A stretch of DNA of 64,000 nucleotides, taken from contig JBHLMN010000006.1 of assembly GCA_048938105.1 (NCBI GenBank), positions 32,001-96,000 on the forward strand, in the 5' to 3' direction. The translations under genes and the position numbers were made by a program. The stretch's first letter is position 1. The number at the start of each line of letters is the position of its first letter. Of this stretch, positions 50,766-58,352 are shown one piece after another. The stretch comes from Promethearchaeota archaeon (GTDB lineage: Archaea; Asgardarchaeota; Heimdallarchaeia; Hodarchaeales; Hodarchaeaceae). A model generated the notes under the pieces. That model searched no databases. It was not told the origin of the DNA and saw only the letters and a list, made by a program, of their open reading frames with translations.

Positions 50766-52691
50766 GTGAATCCTAGTTTTAAAAAAAATCCACCTGGTGA
50801 GCATTATACACCACAGGTTTTAGCTCAATTTGTGGTTTGGTTTGCTTTTCAACAATTTTTTCGTCAACGATTACCTGATGATCAATGGGTTGAATCTTTT
50901 GTTCGATTTTCAGAAGGATTAATTCCTAAAATACCATCAAATGACTCAACATATCTACAAATGCAGAATCACACCAAAAACATTAAGATCCTAGACTTAG
51001 GGGCAGGAGACGGAGCTTTCCTATTAGCAACAGCTAGATTTCTTGAAAATCTTTATCGAAACGCAAACTCAACGGATTTTAAAGAACTAAAACTAAATAT
51101 ATTTGATAAGTGTATCTTTGGAGTTGATTATAATCCTCAAGCAGTTCATTCCTGTCGTGAGGATCTCAAAAAATGGATTCTAGATGATGGTTACTCTGAT
51201 CACAACCCTATTTTTACTGAAAAAGTAGAAAAATGCGTTGGACATCAAATAAGAACTGGAAATGTTTTACTTGGAGACATTCGCCTAGATAACCAAAAGA
51301 GCGTCTCAATAATAGAGTTTAATGAAGAATATAAAAAAAGAAGAATTTTTCATTGGCATAAAGAGTTTCCAAAGATTTTTACTAGTAAAAATTCAGGTTT
51401 TGACCTAATCCTATGCAATCCACCATATGTAACAAAGGATATCTCACCTGAGGATAACCGTCTTTATAGGAAATTGTATCGGGAGCAATTATTTGTTAAC
51501 CGTTTTAATTTATATCATCTATTCTTCGCTAGAGTGAATGATCTATTAGCTCCAAAAGGTATTGCAGTATTCTTAACTTCTAACTCTGTACTGACTGATA
51601 ATTACAGTTCAAAAGTACGAAGGTTTCTTCTTTCTCATTTTCATATTAATTCAATCATTGATTTTGTTAGTCGAACTCGGATTTTTCCAAATGTCCTCCA
51701 AGGAACTTGTATCTTAGTTATGCTTAAGAAAAATGGGACTTCTAAGCAAAAAACTCGAATTATTCGGACATTCGATATGAAATCTTTAATTCAAGGTGAA
51801 ATTGTTGAAAGATGCATTCCTACAACCCAATTATTTCACTTTAGGAAATTTATTCCCTCTCCATTTTCAAACACATTTAAAATTTTAACACATTTAAGGA
51901 AAAACACAATTCGACTAAAAAATCATTTTAAAATCCAAAGTGGGGAAATTAGACCTGCAGATAAAAAGATCAGATCTTATTACTTCAAAGAGATACCTAA
52001 AAACCTAAAGCCCTCAGACTTCGAGATTATATTAAATGGAAAAAATATTTCTCCTTATGTTATTAATCTCAAAGAAAATCGTGTGAAAGCTAGATGGTAT
52101 TTAAGACCTGAGAATGAGAATGAACGTATTTTTCGAGAAAAGCACACCCAAATTCCTCGAATTGTGTTTCAAAGGATTACAGCTAGAGAACAGTTACGTC
52201 GAGTTGTTGCAGGGAAGATTGATCAAGTTCACATTAACAATAATAAGCGAATTTGGGTTGAAAATAATGCTAATTATTTACTCCTTAATCATGATTTCCC
52301 ATCTAAATTGTTGTTATCAGCAGAGGCATTACTAGGAATCTTTAATTCACTCTTAATTAACTGGTACATACATCAAGTTAATTTAACAGCAGCTATCCCA
52401 CCAGCAGATTTGGAACTTATCCCTCTTCCTCTGAAAAAGCCTGAGAAACATAATCAATGGCAATTACTCCATCAAAGGGTAAATTCCATTCAGAAACTTC
52501 TCCAGAAATATTCTTCATCTTCAGAAATACTAACGTATCTTTGTCCTGTTTGTACATCCAGTGGAGAAATAAGTCAACTTCAATCAGATATAGATAGCTT
52601 AGTATTCCAACTTTATGAATTGCCTGAAAATTATCAGAATGAAATAATAAAACAATTAACTCAACATCATCAATACTTTAGCAATCATTAA
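50766..52691 (+). CDS. N6-adenine DNA methyltransferase, gamma class (TaqI/Eco57I-like) with target-recognition domain, no nuclease domain
   Basis: GEHYTP, ILDLGAGDGAFL, IFGVD, FHW..EFP, GFDLILCNPPY, NLY.LF, LLGIFNS.L, ID.LV..LYEL. Confidence 0.88.
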   Translation: MNPSFKKNPPGEHYTPQVLAQFVVWFAFQQFFRQRLPDDQWVESFVRFSEGLIPKIPSNDSTYLQMQNHTKNIKILDLGAGDGAFLLATARFLENLYRNANSTDFKELKLNIFDKCIFGVDYNPQAVHSCREDLKKWILDDGYSDHNPIFTEKVEKCVGHQIRTGNVLLGDIRLDNQKSVSIIEFNEEYKKRRIFHWHKEFPKIFTSKNSGFDLILCNPPYVTKDISPEDNRLYRKLYREQLFVNRFNLYHLFFARVNDLLAPKGIAVFLTSNSVLTDNYSSKVRRFLLSHFHINSIIDFVSRTRIFPNVLQGTCILVMLKKNGTSKQKTRIIRTFDMKSLIQGEIVERCIPTTQLFHFRKFIPSPFSNTFKILTHLRKNTIRLKNHFKIQSGEIRPADKKIRSYYFKEIPKNLKPSDFEIILNGKNISPYVINLKENRVKARWYLRPENENERIFREKHTQIPRIVFQRITAREQLRRVVAGKIDQVHINNNKRIWVENNANYLLLNHDFPSKLLLSAEALLGIFNSLLINWYIHQVNLTAAIPPADLELIPLPLKKPEKHNQWQLLHQRVNSIQKLLQKYSSSSEILTYLCPVCTSSGEISQLQSDIDSLVFQLYELPENYQNEIIKQLTQHHQYFSNH

Positions 52692-52750
52692 ATTTATTTG
52701 TTTTAAGATCTGTTAATATGATTGCTTCAAATTAGATCGAGATCTACCCC

Positions 52751-54172
52751 TTAATCATTATGAGAATATTTTCGTTTCCTTACTCTTCTCTTAAGGGTGA
52801 ATAAAATAGGGAGAATTATTAGAAATACCCCAAATCCCCAAGATGCTGCAGCAATTGAACTTGGAGGAATAATAATTGATTCAAGCAATATTAGTTCTTG
52901 GAATGCTAATAATATTTGTATTTGATCAAGAAGATGTTGTGAGCTTTGATCTGATAAAGAGGGATAGAAACCTGAGTTTGGAGCTTGCAATTTTTCGATT
53001 AATGATACTGCAACATACTTTCCATATTGAAGGTTTTCAAAAAAAACATTACAGCGAATGATAAGACTCTGATCGCTCGCAAGAATCCCTTCTGATGGCT
53101 TTCGATTGGTAAAATTATAGTATTTATTACAACTCCAATCTAAATTAATCAAATAGTTACCAATAAATTTATTCAATCGATTTATGAGTGGATCAAGTGA
53201 GAAATCAAGGTGTAACGCGTTGTCAAGCCGATGCAACGCAAGAATAAGATCTCCCTGTTCTTTACAGTTATATATAGGTGATGTCCAAGATAAATTAGCA
53301 TAGAAAGATTCAGGGATTCCATAAGTTTTATTTGTTAGTTGATCAAGGGTTTCTACTAAGTTTTTAGCATTATTATGTAATAAAGATAAATTGAAAAGGT
53401 TGGGAAATGTTGCTGCTTCTGAAAGGAATTCGATAAAAAGAATCTGGTCACTTGTTAATCGAAAAGAATCATTTGGAAAAGAACTTAAAGTATTTGTTAA
53501 GTTATCAGTTTTAGCTAGTACCTTTTTCCAAAGATATATGCAGGAGTTATGAAATATCTCGAGATTATACGGGTTTAGGGGGATCTCTTCAGGTGTATAA
53601 ACAAGGTAACTTCTCAATGCTCTGATTTGTAATTCATATCCCTCTAGGTCTGTAAATGATTCATTCCATAAGGGAAATTTTTCGAATAATAACTCTCTGC
53701 CAAGATCCCACCATTGTGAACCACGTTCAAATTGGTTTAAATACCAAATCAAGTCTAGCAGTTCAACATTGGAGATTAAACGAGATTTAACAACAGAACC
53801 TTCAATTATTACTGGGTTAATTGTTGAATGATTTTGAGAGATCATTTCGAAAATAATTGCCTCTAGCATATTTGCTGTCAACTCAAGATTGAGACTTTCT
53901 GATGTTAATGGGGTAGTCTCAGTGTCATTAGTAAGATTAGTACCTGAAGGAAGACTTCTCATAAGAGAAGCAATAGAAAGAAAACCAGAAGGGATTACTA
54001 TAAGTAGCACAATTCCAATCAGTATCTTAGTTCTATTCTTTTTGGGCCTAAAAATAAGAGGTGACTTCCCTCTCTTCATTCGGGAGAGGGATTTACGACT
54101 TTGTTTGATATAGGTCTCAAGTTCCTGTTCAGAAGGTCCATCGAAACCTTCCTGACCCCGAACTTCACTCAT
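52751..54172 (-). CDS. Membrane-anchored protein: N-terminal tail + TM, helical ectodomain, C-terminal CTERM-like TM
   Basis: TM ILIGIVLLIVIPSGFLSIA; repeated (S/L)DQ..I helices; many NxS/T sequons; C-terminus AASWGFGVFLIILPILFTLKRRVRKRK. Confidence 0.75.
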   Translation of the reverse strand: MSEVRGQEGFDGPSEQELETYIKQSRKSLSRMKRGKSPLIFRPKKNRTKILIGIVLLIVIPSGFLSIASLMRSLPSGTNLTNDTETTPLTSESLNLELTANMLEAIIFEMISQNHSTINPVIIEGSVVKSRLISNVELLDLIWYLNQFERGSQWWDLGRELLFEKFPLWNESFTDLEGYELQIRALRSYLVYTPEEIPLNPYNLEIFHNSCIYLWKKVLAKTDNLTNTLSSFPNDSFRLTSDQILFIEFLSEAATFPNLFNLSLLHNNAKNLVETLDQLTNKTYGIPESFYANLSWTSPIYNCKEQGDLILALHRLDNALHLDFSLDPLINRLNKFIGNYLINLDWSCNKYYNFTNRKPSEGILASDQSLIIRCNVFFENLQYGKYVAVSLIEKLQAPNSGFYPSLSDQSSQHLLDQIQILLAFQELILLESIIIPPSSIAAASWGFGVFLIILPILFTLKRRVRKRKYSHND

Positions 54173-54188
54173 ATAGACTTCACTTAAT

Positions 54189-55001
54189 CTACCTAGTTGT
54201 TATTAAATTATCACAGAATTTTTCAATATCTTTTGAGAAATAATGCTCTTTTTCTTCGATAACATAAATTCTTTCTGTTACGAATGGGATTCTGCGAAAA
54301 GAGTAAATTGGGTGAATAGAAATTGATTTTGAATTATTTTTCAAGTTCTCCCAAATAACCTGAATATTTTCTTCTGCTACTCTTACATCCTGAGGATTAG
54401 GTTCAAAAGATACATCCTCTTCGTGTTCTATTTGATTCATAATTGCAAAAAATTCTACTCCTTCCAGTTTAGAATAACATTCTGATATTAGTAAGTTTAG
54501 ACCCTTGATTTCGGATTTTACTGGTCGTGTGACAAGCATTACTTTATCCGAGACGACTAAAGCATCAAGAGATCGAAAAGTGATTCCAGGCATACAATCT
54601 ATGATCAAGAAATCATATTTTTGGGAATCACAATAGCGGATGAATTCAAAAAGCTTAGCAAGGATTCTCCCTTCTCCATGTTGGGTTAATTTTGAGCGAA
54701 CTTTGGATTTCTTTTGAAGAATCTCGATATCAGAGAAAACACAATCAAAATTAATTATTTTCGTTGAAACTATAACATCTTTTGGCTCTATATTTCCAAC
54801 TAGGAAATCAGTTAGGGACTTTTTACCTGATCCTTCACTAAGGAAATTCGGTTGTATATATGACTGGAGAGAGGGTGCTCGAAGATCGAGATCAACAAGA
54901 CAAACTTTCTTATTGAGAGTTGCTAACCTTACAGCAGTGTTGACGGATAAGAGAGTCTTTCCAACTCCTCCCCGATAGCTATGAAAAGTAATCGTCTCCA
55001 C
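54189..55001 (-). CDS. MinD/ParA family ATPase
   Basis: TFHSYRGGVGKT deviant Walker A, VDLDLRAPSL, YDFLIIDCMPG, IMNQ. GTG start directly abuts the upstream TAG. Confidence 0.9.
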   Translation of the reverse strand: METITFHSYRGGVGKTLLSVNTAVRLATLNKKVCLVDLDLRAPSLQSYIQPNFLSEGSGKKSLTDFLVGNIEPKDVIVSTKIINFDCVFSDIEILQKKSKVRSKLTQHGEGRILAKLFEFIRYCDSQKYDFLIIDCMPGITFRSLDALVVSDKVMLVTRPVKSEIKGLNLLISECYSKLEGVEFFAIMNQIEHEEDVSFEPNPQDVRVAEENIQVIWENLKNNSKSISIHPIYSFRRIPFVTERIYVIEEKEHYFSKDIEKFCDNLITTR

Positions 55002-55427
55002 CTATTCATCAACTCCTAATATTTTGTACAGGACTTCGGTTGCTTTGCTTTCAGGAGTGACTTTCACTCTCTTTTTAAGGACGAATCCAGTATCAGCTAG
55101 ATAATTCAAGTAGCGAGACTCCAATCCTCTACTACGATTAGTCTCAGCTGCAATATCAGAACTTGTAACCCAATCTTCCTTCTTTTGGATCGCTTTATAA
55201 GTCTTAAATAACCCTGGTCGCGATTCTTGTAGATTTAAAACTTCTAAACTCGTAGGCATTACTGTGTCTTCAATTTCATCCGAGTTCGATCCTTTTAAGC
55301 CCGTTGATCCTGCTACTTTCTCTAAAACGGTGTGCATATTTGACAAAGAGCTTTCAATATTAATCAGTTGCTGGGATATTTTCGTTATTTCCTTTAGAAT
55401 ATCTATTAAGACAGAATTTTCAGCCAT
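55002..55427 (-). CDS. Coiled-coil + winged helix-turn-helix DNA-binding protein
   Basis: Heptad-like N-terminus (aa 5-38). TYKAI...VTSSDIAAETNRSRGLESRYLNYLADTGFVLKKR...VLYKI wHTH. Confidence 0.82.
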   Translation of the reverse strand: MAENSVLIDILKEITKISQQLINIESSLSNMHTVLEKVAGSTGLKGSNSDEIEDTVMPTSLEVLNLQESRPGLFKTYKAIQKKEDWVTSSDIAAETNRSRGLESRYLNYLADTGFVLKKRVKVTPESKATEVLYKILGVDE

Positions 55428-55457
55428 TTTTACCTATTATCATAACAGATGAGGTAA

Positions 55458-55465
55458 GTTTATAT
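55458..55465 (-). promoter_or_regulatory. TATA box of the wHTH-MinD/ParA operon
   Basis: TATATAAA on the minus strand, 30 nt upstream of ATG 55427. Confidence 0.6.
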
Positions 55466-55489
55466 ACGTTGCGCAACATTGCGCAACGT
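55466..55489. promoter_or_regulatory. 24-bp palindromic operator/centromere-like site (two TTGCGCAA units, 10-bp period)
   Basis: ACGTTGCGCAA-CA-TTGCGCAACGT has perfect 11-bp arms, and each TTGCGCAA is itself palindromic. It is GC-rich in an AT-rich spacer and abuts the TATA box. Confidence 0.75.
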
Positions 55490-55775
55490 TTTTAAATCTA
55501 GTTGAACTTTGATTATATACGATGATATTTGTTGATAGATGTTGAAAAATTATCAGATTTGTAATATTAGGAAGTTATAATGTGAAGAAACAACTAATAA
55601 CTAAACTTAACTCAATATTACTATTCAAATCAACCTCTAATTAACAATATCCAATGAAATTCAATCTAGATAATTGTGCGAATTTCTCTTGAGAAAGGCT
55701 AATAGTCGATAATATATCTTATATAGTTGAAAAAGACCAATTAAGAATCAATAAATAATTGAGGTCGAAAGAAGT

Positions 55776-56666
55776 ATGAAAAAACTGCAAAAAAAACATT
55801 ATTTATTTATTATAACTTGCTTAAGCCTTCAATTTTTCATTACACCAGGAATTGTTCAAGGGGAAACTGCATTTGTTAACAGCTTTTGGAATACTTTAGG
55901 TTATGGTGAACATAATGTATTAACTGACTGGTCGGAAGCAGGAAGCATAGATTTTTCAGTGTTAGACTTCACAGGGGTACTTTATATCAAAAATGATTTC
56001 GATTCAATATACCTTGGTATAAGAATATTTGATAAAATTACAGAAAACTTGACTTGGAGGGTAAATTTTGATGTTGATGCTGATAATAACTGGGCTGAAG
56101 ATGCAAAAGCAATAAAATTACAGGGGGCACCCAATAATTTTGTTTTCTCTTATGATGATGAGTATTACATTCAAAACTATCCACAAGCTTTTCCTGATTT
56201 ACAATCGGATAATTTTTATTCTTCAATGAGAAATTTCACATCAGTTGGGAGAAAAAATACAATCTTTGAATTAACAATTCCTTTTCAAACAAATGACCCC
56301 CTTCATGACCTTCAGGTTCAGAATCCTGAAACAACGATTATTGGTCTTTCAATGGACGTTTTCTATATCGATACAGGTATAAATGGGACATGGCGAGGAA
56401 ATTCATATCCTAATTATGCTAATGCATCCAATTATGTCCATATCCTTTTCGCAGGCCCTCAAGATCGGAAAGTACCTGAGTTTGAAGAAGAGGAAGAGCC
56501 TCTACCAACTACCACTAAAACAACTGAAACAAAGAGTTCTACTGGGCCACCCTATGACATTAAGGAAGCTGGAGCTGCACATTCGTTTGAAGTAATACCT
56601 GCATTCATAGGATTAGTAGCAATTTCTTTAATATTAGGCAAATTTGGCAGGAGGAAAAAGGCATGA
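55776..56666 (+). CDS. Secreted surface protein, DOMON/CBM9-like beta-sandwich with CTERM-like anchor
   Basis: Signal peptide; LYIKND..SIYLGI, FDVDAD..W, FELTIPF; Thr-rich linker; AHSFEVIPAFIGLVAISLILGKFGRRKKA. Confidence 0.7.
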   Translation: MKKLQKKHYLFIITCLSLQFFITPGIVQGETAFVNSFWNTLGYGEHNVLTDWSEAGSIDFSVLDFTGVLYIKNDFDSIYLGIRIFDKITENLTWRVNFDVDADNNWAEDAKAIKLQGAPNNFVFSYDDEYYIQNYPQAFPDLQSDNFYSSMRNFTSVGRKNTIFELTIPFQTNDPLHDLQVQNPETTIIGLSMDVFYIDTGINGTWRGNSYPNYANASNYVHILFAGPQDRKVPEFEEEEEPLPTTTKTTETKSSTGPPYDIKEAGAAHSFEVIPAFIGLVAISLILGKFGRRKKA

Positions 56667-58348
56667 GAAAAGATAAATGCGCTTCATTTCTTATTTTATG
56701 TCTTCTTTGTGGATCTATTATCCCAATCACTCATGCAAGAAGCGCAGCAAATGAAAAACAACAATTTTATGGTACAGTGTATAAACAAGCAACTTCATTA
56801 GACTCTGGATTCTTCCATGATAAAGGCGCGCTTAGAGATCAACCTAAATCTTCAGTCATTAGCACCATGCAGAATTCACTCCTAGCAATAACATTAATTG
56901 ATGAATATAATATGGGAGGATCCGTCGACTTGCTTACTATTGCCCAGAGAATAATAAACACGAGTTCAAAATATTTTAGACTAAATTTCCATAGTGATCG
57001 TAAGGGGTGGGTTTCTTCGTATGACTTTACCAAAGAAGCTGAAAGTTTTGTAAAAAGTCGAAAATACACCCATGATCAATTCTTAATGGAACTCGGACTG
57101 GCAAAGAACTATCTGAATTTAAATCAAGATGATCCAGAGAGACGAGATTACTTGATCGACTTTAATGAAACAAACAAATTCATTGAAGAATATTTATTAG
57201 TACCTAATGAAGGTTGGATTGATTCTGTTTTCACCTTTAATGAAACTTTATACACAAAAAATAAGTTCAAAATAGTGGAACACATTTGTTGGACTATTTG
57301 GGCAGTGTTAAGTTTACCTTCTGGTTTCAGCTCCCCTTTGACAATAGATGACATAATCCAAATGGCCGATTTCTTGAACGACAATGCAATGTTAAATGAA
57401 GCAATCTACAATGTTTTGACTCCAGATGGAGAAACAACAGACCAAATAATAAAATTACGTACCAACGCCCTCTATGGAATAATCAACTTACTCTTATATG
57501 AAAAAACTCAAGACATAAAATTCTTAGACAGAGGAAAAGCAGTTTATGACTTTTTAGTAATTAATCTTTGGGATAGAGGCTTTAAATTATTCTGGGATGT
57601 AGTCGATGATGGTGGATTACTTTTAGTTCAAGGTAAAAGTTTAATTGGAAACGCTCTAGCGTGTTTCTTATCAAGTCGGTTATGCCGTTATTTCCCAACT
57701 AACATTACAATGAAAAGTATCTATGTCCTTTCAAACATTTTCATGGAACAATACCTCAAGAAAAGTAATACTTATAGTTATTACATCTCCTGCAGCACTG
57801 ATGGCAACCCGTTGTTGTCTCCATTCACTCTTGAAAGCAACTTAATCCGATTATGGCAACGAATTAATACTCTACATATAATAGATGGGACATATTCTTC
57901 TTCCGTCTCGATTGGAGAGAAGGTTCAAATTGATCTAAGTCTTGCAAATCCTGACAACTTAACTTATGGAATAATTGTTACTGGAGACGAAATAGAGCCT
58001 TTTAATTTAACAACATCAGAATCTAATCCATTTCTTATGATATCTCTAAGGAAAAATGCTGAAATTGGACATACAGAGATAAATATCAATATACAAGTAT
58101 TGAACAAGACTATAGAGAGAGTTGACTCTTTATCGCTCCAGATTGGTTCGGATAGGAGAATACCTCAGGGACTCATTTACATTGTTGCTTTAGGAATTTT
58201 AGTATGTATGGTTATTATTGCACGTTATCCCCCTAAAGAACTTGAAGAATTTATTTCTCGACTAGCTTCTATTGGTGTTACTGAAGAACCATCTTCAGAC
58301 GATTCTACTTCTGTAAAGGAGGTAGACATTCCTCAAGGTGAGGATTAA
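56663..58348 (+). CDS. Secreted (alpha/alpha)6-barrel-like protein (GH76/AGE/SPATA20-like fold) + Ig-like domain + C-terminal TM
   Basis: Signal peptide; NALYGIINLLLYEKTQDIKFLDRGKAVYDFL..NLWD..F helical-hairpin repeat; TM near the C-terminus; ATGA overlap with the previous gene. Confidence 0.65.
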   Translation: MRKDKCASFLILCLLCGSIIPITHARSAANEKQQFYGTVYKQATSLDSGFFHDKGALRDQPKSSVISTMQNSLLAITLIDEYNMGGSVDLLTIAQRIINTSSKYFRLNFHSDRKGWVSSYDFTKEAESFVKSRKYTHDQFLMELGLAKNYLNLNQDDPERRDYLIDFNETNKFIEEYLLVPNEGWIDSVFTFNETLYTKNKFKIVEHICWTIWAVLSLPSGFSSPLTIDDIIQMADFLNDNAMLNEAIYNVLTPDGETTDQIIKLRTNALYGIINLLLYEKTQDIKFLDRGKAVYDFLVINLWDRGFKLFWDVVDDGGLLLVQGKSLIGNALACFLSSRLCRYFPTNITMKSIYVLSNIFMEQYLKKSNTYSYYISCSTDGNPLLSPFTLESNLIRLWQRINTLHIIDGTYSSSVSIGEKVQIDLSLANPDNLTYGIIVTGDEIEPFNLTTSESNPFLMISLRKNAEIGHTEININIQVLNKTIERVDSLSLQIGSDRRIPQGLIYIVALGILVCMVIIARYPPKELEEFISRLASIGVTEEPSSDDSTSVKEVDIPQGED

Positions 58349-58352
58349 CTGA

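Noticed and set aside
50766-52691. Type IIG fused restriction-modification enzyme
   Set aside because: The protein begins at motif X (GEHYTP), leaving no room for an N-terminal nuclease domain.
55466-55489. Match of TTGCGCAA to the eukaryotic C/EBP bZIP site
   Set aside because: No basic-zipper protein is nearby and the adjacent regulator is a wHTH. Treated as coincidence.
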